This document shows positions 30,682 to 40,995 of a DNA stretch of 64,000 bases, in pieces (the stretch's first letter is position 1; each line of letters opens with the position of its first letter). The notes under the pieces are model-generated. The model had not been told where the DNA came from and made no database searches. It saw nothing but the letters and a program-made list of their open reading frames with translations. The stretch is from IMG/VR virus record IMGVR_UViG_3300037993_000206. One strand, given 5' to 3'. Position numbers and translations under genes: made by a program. Source of the DNA: an uncultured virus (IMG/VR IMGVR_UViG_3300037993_000206). Taxonomy: Duplodnaviria; Heunggongvirae; Uroviricota; Caudoviricetes.

Positions 30682-33600
30682 TTATGATTCGTACCATACC
30701 TGTTTTCTTACCTTTTTTTGCTGCCCGATTCATTTTTAAAGTTACAGCCCCTTTTGCACCTGGTTTTAAAGGAACTTTACGAACATAGACTGTCTGTATA
30801 CCTATAGGAATTATTAACTCACTACTAGGTGGTTTCCCTGTAACTTGCTGAATTGTTTGATAAATAGATTTTGCGTCTTTCATTATTATAGCATTTGGCG
30901 GAGGTTTTCTAAAGAAAGCTATATCCTTAGAAGTCTTATAAGGTGCTTTCAAAGCCCACCACCCAAAACCCCAGCGGAAAACCAAACTTCCACTAAAATC
31001 CTGAAACTTTTGGTCTGCTTTATTTCTTTGTTCTTCTGATCTTGTTAATATCACTAAACCTTTCTTTTTATTTTCATCAGTCTGAGTTTTAACATCCGTT
31101 ATAGGGACAACTAATGGTTCCGGTTGAACATCTGGTTTAGGTTTTGTTTCTGTTTCAGGTTGAACTAATGTTTGTGTCTGATTTGCCTGTAACGGTTTAA
31201 TCTCTTGCATTGGTGCAACTTCTATATTAGGTCTAATTTTTGTTGAAGTTTCATCGACAAGTTTAAAATCCGGTACGCTTGATAATCTACGTTCAATATT
31301 TTCATATTGATTGGTATTAGGGTTAAATACTAGGGTTGAAATAGCATCAACACTACGACTTTCGTCTTCACTCGTTGATAAAACTCCACTATATCTAGGA
31401 CTACCACCTTTTGTTTTAGATTTTGGTTCTATATTCCTAATGGGAATAGGTGTACCTGATTTATTAGGCATTTCTTCTTTAGTTATATCAATCTCTTTTG
31501 TTTCAGTTACCGCAAGTTTAGAACGCTCTGATTCTTCAGGGGCTACAAATCTAGTCCATTGTATTTCCTTAAACGGGTCTTTTAACCTTTCAGCTAATTG
31601 AGTTTTTTTACGTTCAATACTCTTTTGAAGTTCTTGAATATGGTCATCTAGAACTTTTTTACGATCAGGGTTAGTTGTGTTATTTCTTTTATCCCTAGAA
31701 ATCCCCAAATCATTTTCTTCTAATGCTATATTTTTACTAATTTCTTCATTAGGGGAACCTTTTTCTGATAATGATTCAACTGTAGATTTAACTTCATCTA
31801 ATTCCTTCAGAGTTACTTCTCTTAAACTTAATGGCAAATTATTCGCTTGTAATTTTAATTGTTCAATCTTGCCGTTTAACAATGCCATATTGCCAGAAGC
31901 AACTGACCATTTTACCGTATTACTTAAATCCATCCTCGCAATTTCATCACCTAAGAATAATTTACGAGCAATAGATTCAATCGTACCATCTAATGCACCT
32001 ATTCTATAAGTATAATATCGACTCATACGGTCTAGGAATTGAGCAGATAAATCTTGTAGTATGCTTTTATATTGTTTCCATTCAGAACTTTGCCTTAAAT
32101 TATTAATTTCAATTTCAGCATCCATTACTGTAATTTTATTCAGTTGTAATCTTTGTTTAATCTCTGACAACTTGCCTTTTAAAACACGCTCTAATTCAGC
32201 TAATTTTAACTCAGTGGCAAAATCAGTTTTTAAATCACGAGATATATCTTTTAGATAATCTAAGTGTAAAATTGAACCTTTATCTAAATTAGATGCCATG
32301 ATACTATCTGATAAATTATTAATATTCTCTAATGTATTGTTTAATTTTTGAATTGTAGTTTCATATACATTGGGAACTTCTGTTTTAACAACACTAATCG
32401 TATTCTGTAATTCCCTACCACTTTTTATAAATGCCTCTTTAATTGAGTTAGAAGCATTGCCCGACATAACCACATCAGCTAAATTATTCAAGTTATCTAA
32501 TTTACTATTTACTGATTGAACAACTGACTCATACCCACTACCTATAGACTTAGATACATTGGCAGAGTCTTGTTTAATTGTGCTAATAACATTAGATAAT
32601 TGTGCTTTCGTGGTATTTGAAGCCTTGCCTGACATTACATCATCAGCTATTTTATTAATAACCTCTAATCTATCATTCAATTTTTGGATAGTTGTCTCAT
32701 ACCCACTTGATGTTGATTTAGATATGCTAGTAAACCCATCTTTTACTACATTTAGACTCTGGATTAATTTATTCTTAGTGGCGACTGATAAATCACCTGA
32801 CATCACTTTATCGGACAATATGTTTATATTATCCAAACTATCATTTAATTTCTGGATACCTTTCTCATAACCTTGACCTGATAATTGGCCTATATTAATT
32901 AATTGTTGTTTCATTAATAAGGATGTATCTTTTATTCCATTAATGGTAGCATTGGATAAATCACCGGACATAACCTTATCTGCTAATACATTAATGTTCT
33001 CCATTCCATTGTTTAATTTTTGGATTGAAGATTCATAACTTACTTTAATCCCTTTACCTAAATCGCTTATCCCATTTTTAACTACTGATACCGATGTATT
33101 AAATGCCATTTTAGTTGCTTCTGAAGCACGACCAGACATAACATCATCGGCAAGTATATTAATTCTTTCCAACGCATTATTTAATTTATCCAAACTAACT
33201 TCTGGTAATGCCTTTAAAGTAACAATGGTTCTGGCAGGTAATCCAGCATTTGAAACATCTCTTATTGCACCTGTAATAATAGGACTACCTGATTTATCGA
33301 CTGTAACTCTACCACCTAATGATTGTTGTGTAGGTTCGACTTTCCCGAATGTTCCCTTTGCACCTAATCCAGTACCAACCGCCAATAAAGCATCAATAAT
33401 AATAGAGTCTATTAAGTCCGACTTCGACATTTTTGCTAAATTAGGAATTTGATCTTTCAAACCAGTAGTTAAGAAATATCCACCAGCACCAGACCCTAAT
33501 GCACTTGCAATTCTACTACCTACAGTCCCAATACCACCTATTAATTCACCACCACCTAACATTAAAACGTCTGCAAGTGTGGTAACACCAGCAGTCGTCC

Positions 33601-35173
33601 ATTCCATTTTACTAACTGGTTGCCCTGACATTTGTTTTGCAACTGGTGAGGTAATACCCGTAATTCCAGCCGATGCTATTTGAGCAATTAAACCACCTTG
33701 AAGTATTCCTAGTTCTCTTTGATGTTCTGATTCTGAGAATAAATTAGATTTATAAGCATCAGATTGATAAAGACTCATAATGTTGGTTTTCTGGTCACTG
33801 GTTAGAGCGTTCCATTTTAAATTAAGTTCCTGATTAGGTGAAACCGCTACCCCTGTCTTTTTATCTGAATAGCTTAATTGACCACCAATACTTACTAAAT
33901 TCGCATTAAGTATTTGTTGACGTTGTGCCTCTGTAAAATAACCCGCATTATCAATCGCATTATTTAAAGCCGCAACATATGGACTACTGAAATTCTTATC
34001 AATTAGAACATTCTGAATACTTTGAATAGCGGCATCTGCATTATCTACAGCACTCTTATCAAAACCGTTAGCCGTAAGATAGTTTTTGTCATTGACGGTA
34101 GGATGGTCTAACCGATAAGCAATTAAATTATAAACTGTATTACCAGCAGTTATAACTTTCTGTCCAGCGGTTATTTTACCATCAGTACCTATAAATGGGC
34201 CTTGCAAAGTAGATATAAACGGGCCTTGATAAATCGTAGCATAAGGTGACATCGTTTTAATAAATCTTTGTTGTGCATCAACTTGCTCTTGATATGTCGA
34301 TTGTTGCGACTGATTAACTAGATTTACGTAGGTTCTTAACGCTGTTAAACCTTGTGTTTTTGCAATCTGTTGTTGAGTTTGATTTAAGGCATTAAAATCA
34401 CTATTTGAGATATAAGTACCATCCCCTAAAAGAGTGTTGTTTTTTAAAAAATCCTTTTGTGCTTGCGTTTGGTTCGCATTTAACTGATTAATAGAGTTAT
34501 TATATTTGTTGACGTTAGAATTTAAGGTATTTACATCGTACTGATAGGCTTTAAATTGAGCATCCGTTCCAACAAAAACGCCATTCTTTATTAATGAATC
34601 ATAGCGACTTGAAATCATAGCTTTTTGACCATTAATAATAGAAAGAAGCTGTGCAGCACTTTGAGCAGATAACTTGCCGCTAGCATCTGTAGCAACTGAC
34701 TGGTCGTGAGATTGACCTTTCCAACCAATGTCCAAAGCACCTATAGCATCCGTTTGTACTATAACTTTGGGAGTAGGTTTTAATTCCGGCCAATCTTGCG
34801 CAATGATATTAGCGTCTTTACTTAATGCAAGTTTATCCGCATCAGTAAATTTACCCGTACTAACGGTTCCAGCAGGGACACCCCCTATAGTTCCGGTAGT
34901 AGGGAATAAGATATGAGAAGCTTCAAGTTCTGTCACACCAGGATGTGCCGCCATATAATCGGCAATCTTTTTTCGCGCCACTTCAGAAATTGCCGCTGCC
35001 GCACCTTGTGCTTGTGCCGCTAATAATCGTGCTTTAGCATTAACCGCTTCTATTTGTTGGGGTGTAAGTTGAATAGTATTTTGTTTAGCTAATGACTTAC
35101 TAGCATTAACATCTATTAACTGTTGTGCAGGGTTAGGTTGTTTGACTTGAGGTAAAATAGGATTTACAGGCAT
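30674..35173 (-). CDS. 1499-aa helical protein with central hydrophobic Gly-rich segments and 56-aa repeats (internal or DNA-entry protein candidate)
   Basis: Repeats YE..IQKLN..L.NIN.L.D.VMSG; coiled-coil character. Confidence 0.75.
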   Translation of the reverse strand: MPVNPILPQVKQPNPAQQLIDVNASKSLAKQNTIQLTPQQIEAVNAKARLLAAQAQGAAAAISEVARKKIADYMAAHPGVTELEASHILFPTTGTIGGVPAGTVSTGKFTDADKLALSKDANIIAQDWPELKPTPKVIVQTDAIGALDIGWKGQSHDQSVATDASGKLSAQSAAQLLSIINGQKAMISSRYDSLIKNGVFVGTDAQFKAYQYDVNTLNSNVNKYNNSINQLNANQTQAQKDFLKNNTLLGDGTYISNSDFNALNQTQQQIAKTQGLTALRTYVNLVNQSQQSTYQEQVDAQQRFIKTMSPYATIYQGPFISTLQGPFIGTDGKITAGQKVITAGNTVYNLIAYRLDHPTVNDKNYLTANGFDKSAVDNADAAIQSIQNVLIDKNFSSPYVAALNNAIDNAGYFTEAQRQQILNANLVSIGGQLSYSDKKTGVAVSPNQELNLKWNALTSDQKTNIMSLYQSDAYKSNLFSESEHQRELGILQGGLIAQIASAGITGITSPVAKQMSGQPVSKMEWTTAGVTTLADVLMLGGGELIGGIGTVGSRIASALGSGAGGYFLTTGLKDQIPNLAKMSKSDLIDSIIIDALLAVGTGLGAKGTFGKVEPTQQSLGGRVTVDKSGSPIITGAIRDVSNAGLPARTIVTLKALPEVSLDKLNNALERINILADDVMSGRASEATKMAFNTSVSVVKNGISDLGKGIKVSYESSIQKLNNGMENINVLADKVMSGDLSNATINGIKDTSLLMKQQLINIGQLSGQGYEKGIQKLNDSLDNINILSDKVMSGDLSVATKNKLIQSLNVVKDGFTSISKSTSSGYETTIQKLNDRLEVINKIADDVMSGKASNTTKAQLSNVISTIKQDSANVSKSIGSGYESVVQSVNSKLDNLNNLADVVMSGNASNSIKEAFIKSGRELQNTISVVKTEVPNVYETTIQKLNNTLENINNLSDSIMASNLDKGSILHLDYLKDISRDLKTDFATELKLAELERVLKGKLSEIKQRLQLNKITVMDAEIEINNLRQSSEWKQYKSILQDLSAQFLDRMSRYYTYRIGALDGTIESIARKLFLGDEIARMDLSNTVKWSVASGNMALLNGKIEQLKLQANNLPLSLREVTLKELDEVKSTVESLSEKGSPNEEISKNIALEENDLGISRDKRNNTTNPDRKKVLDDHIQELQKSIERKKTQLAERLKDPFKEIQWTRFVAPEESERSKLAVTETKEIDITKEEMPNKSGTPIPIRNIEPKSKTKGGSPRYSGVLSTSEDESRSVDAISTLVFNPNTNQYENIERRLSSVPDFKLVDETSTKIRPNIEVAPMQEIKPLQANQTQTLVQPETETKPKPDVQPEPLVVPITDVKTQTDENKKKGLVILTRSEEQRNKADQKFQDFSGSLVFRWGFGWWALKAPYKTSKDIAFFRKPPPNAIIMKDAKSIYQTIQQVTGKPPSSELIIPIGIQTVYVRKVPLKPGAKGAVTLKMNRAAKKGKKTGMVRIISG

Positions 35174-35176
35174 ATG

Positions 35177-35332
35177 TTACTTCCTTTTTCTTAAAACCAT
35201 ACCATGAGAAACACCACGTAAGAGCCTGATTTGTGATTCAGCTTTCTTTTTAGTGGTTCTCTTTGCTACAATTCTTTCACCATCATAAACTCTATACTTT
35301 CCGTCTATTAATCGGCGCATTTTAATCGGCAT
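35177..35332 (-). CDS. Small basic protein (51 aa, MPIKMRRLIDGKYRVYDGERIVAKRTTKKKAESQIRLLRGVSHG...)
   Basis: Hand-translated; GGGGTG SD; resembles small viral DNA-binding proteins. Confidence 0.7.
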   Translation of the reverse strand: MPIKMRRLIDGKYRVYDGERIVAKRTTKKKAESQIRLLRGVSHGMVLRKRK

Positions 35333-35333
35333 T

Positions 35334-35483
35334 TTACACCCCTCTTATGCGTGGTTTATCCCACGATGGACTGTGACAGACGGGGCAATAAATTGGTAGT
35401 TTGCCAGTTAAAGCATACTTGTAAGAGACAAAAGTTTTCTTACATCTTAGGCATTTGAACCGCTTATTAGGATTAGTTCTCAT
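35334..35483 (-). CDS. Small zinc-ribbon protein (49 aa, ...CLRCKK...CPVCHSPSWDKP)
   Basis: Hand-translated; AAGGA SD; promoter 35520-35548. Confidence 0.7.
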   Translation of the reverse strand: MRTNPNKRFKCLRCKKTFVSYKYALTGKLPIYCPVCHSPSWDKPRIRGV

Positions 35484-35519
35484 AATACTTATTCCTTTAA
35501 TTATTCGTTCTTAAAAGTT

Positions 35520-35548
35520 ATCATATCATAACAACAATCAAATGTCAA
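35520..35548 (-). promoter_or_regulatory. Sigma70-type promoter TTGACA-N17-TATGAT
   Basis: Motif match. Confidence 0.7.
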
Positions 35549-35551
35549 GTT

Positions 35552-35598
35552 AAAACAAAAGAACCCTTGAAGTATAAACCTCAAAGGCTCTTTTGCCC
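35552..35598 (-). terminator. Intrinsic terminator
   Basis: CAAAAGAGCCTTTGA...TCAAGGGTTCTTTTG hairpin followed by T run. Confidence 0.6.
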
Positions 35599-35639
35599 GT
35601 AGCTCAATGCCATCCGCCGTTGCTATTTTTATATTACCA

Positions 35640-35936
35640 CTAACCGAATATAGTTGTCAAGCCAAAAAGTCTAAGAATCAAAACAATAACGATAAACCCT
35701 AAGACTAAGACTACCTTATCCATGTAAGGGTTTTTTACCTTGATTATAAATTGATGCAACCCACCCCAAAGACCAAACATGATTACGATATTAAATGTAA
35801 GTTGACTGGTTAAGGCAAATCCGAAAGCGTCCATATTTATAAAGAATGCTCTGACAAAATAATAGGAAACGGCGATAAAGATTCCAACTAATGAATAGGC
35901 TAATGGGTATTTGTAAGTCTTAAACCATTCTTTCAT
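35640..35936 (-). CDS. Small membrane protein
   Basis: Three TMs; GGAG SD. Confidence 0.65.
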   Translation of the reverse strand: MKEWFKTYKYPLAYSLVGIFIAVSYYFVRAFFINMDAFGFALTSQLTFNIVIMFGLWGGLHQFIIKVKNPYMDKVVLVLGFIVIVLILRLFGLTTIFG

Positions 35937-35971
35937 TTAACGGTTTACTCCTGTAACTTTAGAGATAAAAT

Positions 35972-36346
35972 TTAAGTTAAATCTTGATATTCACCTGACA
36001 AAATTTGCTTTCTAATTTCCAACCAAGTATCATTAGATACTTTATCGCATGGTAAAAGATTTCTCTCAAGATAAGTTATAATTTTCAAGCGTTCATCTGC
36101 ATCGCCGTAACGAATGTCATATAAATGCATCATGCGTGTTAAATGACGATTTATCCGAGAGTTATACCAATCCGCATTAATATCATCAATATTCTTTCCA
36201 TGTTCTTTTAACCACTTCTTATCAGACGCATAAGATGGTAAAACATAATGTTCCATATCTTTATCTGCTAATTCAGTGGCAACATTTATAAACTCTTTAT
36301 ATTCCTCTGTTATATTACGTTCATTGTCCATTATGAATAATCCCAC
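35972..36346 (-). CDS. Hypothetical protein
   Basis: ORF track. Confidence 0.55.
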   Translation of the reverse strand: MGLFIMDNERNITEEYKEFINVATELADKDMEHYVLPSYASDKKWLKEHGKNIDDINADWYNSRINRHLTRMMHLYDIRYGDADERLKIITYLERNLLPCDKVSNDTWLEIRKQILSGEYQDLT

Positions 36347-36429
36347 TCCATTTTAAAATTAATAAGAGGTATTGGTCGTTCATTTATGTTAGGTAAACCC
36401 AAAATATTAAAACATTTATTATTTTAAAT

Positions 36430-37126
36430 CTAAGTTAAGACTCCTATGTGTACTAGATATAATCCAAAACCCATAAGCCCTATAAATATTAGGATAATAA
36501 AAATAGCAAATATAGCCTCTATCGTTTCATTGGTAATTGTGTCATACCATTTCTTCTCTTTTATACTATTGCGATTAATCGATTTAGATTCAAATAAGTT
36601 TAAAAATAAATTAGCGATTTTACTTATTATTCTGTTCATTCTGATTATCCCTATTATCTAAAGTCCAACCAAATTTCCAACCGATTAAATACATAGTAGT
36701 TGAACCGAATAATACAATGACAGTATAAAGTAATGTAACCCAAATATTCTTACTTATTTGATTAAGTAAACCATAAACTAATGCAAAAACCGTAGTAATA
36801 ATTAATAACGCCATGTAACCGTACTTCATTTTAAGACTCACTCCTTTTTATTTTTGTGACCCATTTTATTTATCTTTACTCAAAATTCTCTTGTTAATAG
36901 AGGGTGCTTTGTTACCTACAATTTGTTGTTTTCTCTGTTGTAATATAATTTGCAAATTAGCTGGGTTTAATAGTTGAATCCAAAAATCATCTGACAAATG
37001 TCCTTTTTCAATAATATGTAATAATGCCTTATCATCTTTTATTTCAATCCCAATAACCACTTCATATTCTGTCGTAGTAGCCTTCCCATCTACTATGGAA
37101 GTCACATACAACTTATCGCTCAACAT
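36430..37126 (-). CDS. Three small hypothetical genes (36430-36639, 36620-36841, 36866-37126), two of them membrane proteins
   Basis: ORF track; grouped. Confidence 0.5.
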
Positions 37127-37127
37127 C

Positions 37128-38630
37128 TTATTTATTTACTCCTGTAACTTTAGATATAAATTTATCATATGGTTCTGTCTGAAAAACTCCATACCAATAG
37201 GGTGTCACTGTCTTATCTACAATGAAAATTTGCTTTCCTTGTGCTAAGAGATTTTTAGTTTGTTCGATTGTATCTTTACCATCTAGTTTTGCCCACTTAA
37301 TATAGTCTAAATACCTGGGCGATAAAACCGAACCGCTATATTTTTCTAAGGCTATTTTTTGAGCGTCTTTGTCTGAAACTTTGTTTTGTTGTTTAGTTAA
37401 TTGTAACATAGTCGCTAAGTCAGGAGTAGTTGACGAATAAAATAATGGTAAGAACTTTTTACCTTGCGCCATAACATAATAGTTGGCTAACCCGTATTCT
37501 CCGCCAGAATTACAAATCAAATAACTTCCATCCGGTAAACTTTCAACTGATTTTTCATAATCGGTTGCTAAAGGGTATTGGTTATTTAAGACATTCGCAT
37601 TTAAGAAAAAACTATTGACTAGAACTAAGACAACCGCACCAACAAATACAACTTTCAAATGAGTTTGAGATAATTTATTCAAGCCTAATGCCACAAAAAT
37701 CATTATTAAGGGATAGGCGATTGGTAAGAAGTGCCATGTAGCAGGGTCACTGTCTGTCAGATAAAGCCATAGGACAAAACAAATAGTAATTAGTCCTAAA
37801 AGAATATATAAAGGTTGCTTAAAAATCCCTTTCAAACCGACAATCATAGGAACAATCGCAAAACCCAAACTGATACACATAATTTGCAAAAATTGGAGCA
37901 ATCTTTGTGGTGCTTGATACAAACTTAACGAGCCAACCGTACCAGTTGCCCCTAAATAATTATCAATTCCAGCAAGAGATAAATGTCCGGCAAGTAAACG
38001 TGGAGTTGGAAGATACATAAGAATTAAAACCATAGCATAAGGTAATAAACCAACCACTAAATAAATCCAGAAAGTGTGCCACCATTTTTTCAACTGAGTA
38101 ACATGGACAATGAACCATAAAACACTAATCGCAATCACAATAATCTGGATTGCCGAACCTAACGCCAACATCAAAACTGTGAGTTTCTTTTTGTCTTGAA
38201 TATAAAAGTAAAACGCAAGTGTAACGAACATAGAACTGATTGCAAATTCATCTAAGATTGTAGATTGAGTAACATAAAGTGCAGACCCTAAAAGAACCAA
38301 TACAGAAACCAAAGCAAGTTTAGAAGTCGTCAACTTTTTCACGATTAAATAAGTTGTGGCAACTGCAATAGAAGCCGGTAAGACATTCATAACAACGGTC
38401 ATTATTAAAGGTAGATTATTAGGTGCAATCAAATTCATCAAGTGACCGATTAAAACAAAAAGTGGTGAACCGTAAGGTTGAACATTCATCCAAAGTTTAG
38501 CAGAAGCAAACCAATCCATAGAATCAGAGCTATTGAAAAGCCAAGTCATTGATTTACTACATAAGATAAGGTAGTAAATAAAAGCAACTAAGTCTACAAA
38601 TAAATAATCATATTTACGAATAAAACTCAA
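37128..38630 (-). CDS. GT-C fold multi-pass glycosyltransferase (PMT/ArnT/DUF2723-like protein glycosyltransferase)
   Basis: SDSMDW...QPYGSPLF loop after TM1, QSTILDEF, about 10 TMs. Confidence 0.75.
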   Translation of the reverse strand: MSFIRKYDYLFVDLVAFIYYLILCSKSMTWLFNSSDSMDWFASAKLWMNVQPYGSPLFVLIGHLMNLIAPNNLPLIMTVVMNVLPASIAVATTYLIVKKLTTSKLALVSVLVLLGSALYVTQSTILDEFAISSMFVTLAFYFYIQDKKKLTVLMLALGSAIQIIVIAISVLWFIVHVTQLKKWWHTFWIYLVVGLLPYAMVLILMYLPTPRLLAGHLSLAGIDNYLGATGTVGSLSLYQAPQRLLQFLQIMCISLGFAIVPMIVGLKGIFKQPLYILLGLITICFVLWLYLTDSDPATWHFLPIAYPLIMIFVALGLNKLSQTHLKVVFVGAVVLVLVNSFFLNANVLNNQYPLATDYEKSVESLPDGSYLICNSGGEYGLANYYVMAQGKKFLPLFYSSTTPDLATMLQLTKQQNKVSDKDAQKIALEKYSGSVLSPRYLDYIKWAKLDGKDTIEQTKNLLAQGKQIFIVDKTVTPYWYGVFQTEPYDKFISKVTGVNK

Positions 38631-38717
38631 CTCTTTAATCCTATATCCTTAGATAGTTCTTCAAAAGATAAATCCGATTTAGTTTCCATGTGGTATCCTA
38701 TTTACAGTTCTTAAAAA

Positions 38718-39077
38718 TTAAAGATAATTCTTATCGCCCATCCTCTTACGAATTATTTTAACATGGCATCTATGCTCAAAATTATTACCAATATAGTTAT
38801 GCCATTGATTTACTGTCCAACCATCAATTTTACAAGTGCATTCGTTATCCTTACAAAACTTATTTAAAATTGCAACTAAAGAGTTAGCCGCATTCCTTTT
38901 GACTTCATCATTAGTTTCCTTAAATGAATCACCATCATGATTTAAAGTTGGACAATCAGGCATTAATCTATAAGCATAAATTTCCGCAGTATCACTACCA
39001 AAACTATTATCGTTATAATACGCTTGCCATAAATCTGAATAGATAGACAATGCTTGAATCATTGAAATATTGTGCAT
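38718..39077 (-). CDS. Hypothetical protein
   Basis: GGAGG SD; ORF track. Confidence 0.65.
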   Translation of the reverse strand: MHNISMIQALSIYSDLWQAYYNDNSFGSDTAEIYAYRLMPDCPTLNHDGDSFKETNDEVKRNAANSLVAILNKFCKDNECTCKIDGWTVNQWHNYIGNNFEHRCHVKIIRKRMGDKNYL

Positions 39078-39457
39078 ATTATTTATCCTCCATCAACTGC
39101 TAAAATTCTAATTATGTATACAACAAATGCAATAACAGAAACCCCTACAATAAAAGGAATATGATTAGATAGCCCATAACCGAATATAGAACCGAGGCAA
39201 CTACCAATAATTATATTTGTTAAAAATCTCATTTTAGTTTTCCTTATTTATTTTACAAATAATATGGCCACTAGAATAAATATTCCAATTCCCACCATCA
39301 TACCCAACATACCCATAAAAGGTACTAGCAACTCACTGGATAAAATCCTATCTATTAAATTACCCATCAATTTTCCTTATTTTTATGGAGTATATCTTCT
39401 ACATTAATATCCCAAATTGACTTTTATAAAGTATCAATTCTACCTCTAATAACGTAA

Positions 39458-40756
39458 CTATGGATTTAAAATTCTTCCACATTCGACTGTTCTGTAAGAC
39501 TTATCTTTAGTGTTTGGTAGTTGCTTACTTTCTGTTTCACGGTCAATCGCTACCTTATATGGTAGGCTTACATCGACTCCACAGACGTTTATTCCCGATG
39601 AACCACCGGTATTTAATTTATCTAACCCATACTGGTATATATTTTGAGCCGCATTTTCATCCCTATCGTGTTTAACACCACAATTAGGGCAAACCCAATT
39701 TCTATCATCTAATGTCATCCCTTTAAATATATAATGGCAATCACTACACATTTTACTTGAAGGGTAACTTGTAGGGATTAAGATTAATCTTGAACCATAC
39801 CACTTTGTTTTATATTCAAGCATCTCTCTAAATATACCCCAACCTGAATCTGAAATCGACCTACCTAATATTTTATTACGCTTCAGATTTTCCACTTTTA
39901 AATCTTCGATACAAATAACTGACTTGGTTTTCGCCAGTTGACTTGTTAATTTTGCAATAAAATCATGTCTTGTATTCTCAATATGTTTATGACATTTAGA
40001 TAATTGGATATTAGCTTTATGCCTATTATGTGACCCCTTTTTAGTCCTTGCTTGTTGTTGTGCTAATATTTTTAAACGAGATAATTTTTTACTCAATGAC
40101 TTATGATGTTCAACTATATCTATACTATTACCATCATAAGTGGTTAAATAGTTCTTCAAGCCCACATCAATGCCGATGACACCCCCATTGTTTTTAACAT
40201 CGGTAATCTCTTTTGATACCTTTAGACAACAATACCAACGTTCAGATTCTTTTTTAATTGTTACATTTAATATTTTACCACTAAAACTACTTGTATCTTC
40301 TTTAACCCTTACAAATCCAATCTTGGGTAAATGTATTTTATTCCCATCTAGTCTTAATGTACTAGTTTTTCCATCGGCGACATTATTTGTTAATCTAAAG
40401 CTATCCCGTTCACCTTTCTTTTTAAACTTAGGTCTGCCATATTTTTTAGAATGATTTTGGATACGCCTAATTAAATCTGCGTATGCTCTATCTAAATCTT
40501 GTAATGATTCTTGTGCTACACATTTGGACACATCTAACATCCACGGATATTGGTTATACTTTATACTATTTAATTCAATATTCTGTTTATAAAACGAAGT
40601 GAACCGTTCCTTACCTTGTTTAGTATTATAAAGTTCAATCCGTTTCGCTAATCCCCAATTCCATACGAATCTTGAAGTCCCACAAGACTTTATAAACGCA
40701 GTCTTTTGTTTATTATTGGGATTCAATTCATATTTATATGCTTTTAAAACTATCAT
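39458..40756 (-). CDS. tnpB: IS607-type RNA-guided nuclease TnpB (copy 2), no transposase adjacent
   Basis: AYKYEL.P, RFVWN, GIDVG, ICIEDL, CSDC..CPNC, RDENAA. Confidence 0.95.
   Translation of the reverse strand: MIVLKAYKYELNPNNKQKTAFIKSCGTSRFVWNWGLAKRIELYNTKQGKERFTSFYKQNIELNSIKYNQYPWMLDVSKCVAQESLQDLDRAYADLIRRIQNHSKKYGRPKFKKKGERDSFRLTNNVADGKTSTLRLDGNKIHLPKIGFVRVKEDTSSFSGKILNVTIKKESERWYCCLKVSKEITDVKNNGGVIGIDVGLKNYLTTYDGNSIDIVEHHKSLSKKLSRLKILAQQQARTKKGSHNRHKANIQLSKCHKHIENTRHDFIAKLTSQLAKTKSVICIEDLKVENLKRNKILGRSISDSGWGIFREMLEYKTKWYGSRLILIPTSYPSSKMCSDCHYIFKGMTLDDRNWVCPNCGVKHDRDENAAQNIYQYGLDKLNTGGSSGINVCGVDVSLPYKVAIDRETESKQLPNTKDKSYRTVECGRILNP
39467..39615 (-). ncRNA. Predicted omegaRNA of tnpB2 (scaffold ending ...AGAACAG at 39487, guide 39486-39467)
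   Basis: Aligns to tnpB1 end (AAGTCTTACAGAACAG vs AAGTCTTATGGAACGG); 5' boundary approximate. Confidence 0.6.
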
Positions 40757-40757
40757 T

Positions 40758-40889
40758 TTAACTATTCTTCTTTAGATAATCGCTAACCGCTATTCTCACT
40801 AAAACGCTAACATTAACGCATTTTTGTGTTGAAAGTATTTTTAATTTTTCTATTTGTGATTTATCCATGTAATAAGATTGTTTTTTCAT
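40758..40889 (-). CDS. Ribbon-helix-helix (CopG-like) regulator, 43 aa, directly upstream of tnpB2
   Basis: Hand-translated MKKQSYYMDKSQIEKLKILSTQKCVNVSVLVRIAVSDYLKKNS; beta-strand plus S.LVR.AV..YL helix. Confidence 0.7.
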   Translation of the reverse strand: MKKQSYYMDKSQIEKLKILSTQKCVNVSVLVRIAVSDYLKKNS

Positions 40890-40901
40890 ATCCACATCTT
40901 A

Positions 40902-40930
40902 ATAATATCACACCATCTATCCATTGTCAA
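40902..40930 (-). promoter_or_regulatory. Promoter TTGACA-N17-TATTAT for RHH-tnpB2
   Basis: Motif match. Confidence 0.7.
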
Positions 40931-40944
40931 GACATATTTTGGAC

Positions 40945-40975
40945 AAAAGAAAGGGTGAGTTTTTACGCTCACCCC
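40945..40975 (-). terminator. Intrinsic terminator of the split capsid-like gene
   Basis: GGGTGAG-loop-CTCACCC followed by TTTCTTTT, 20 nt after stop. Confidence 0.75.
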
Positions 40976-40995
40976 ATTCCTTTGCTTCAGAATCG

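Noticed and set aside
39458..40756. Nuclease-dead TldR repressors or Cas12f CRISPR effectors
   Set aside because: All three RuvC acidic residues are present in both proteins and no CRISPR array is visible
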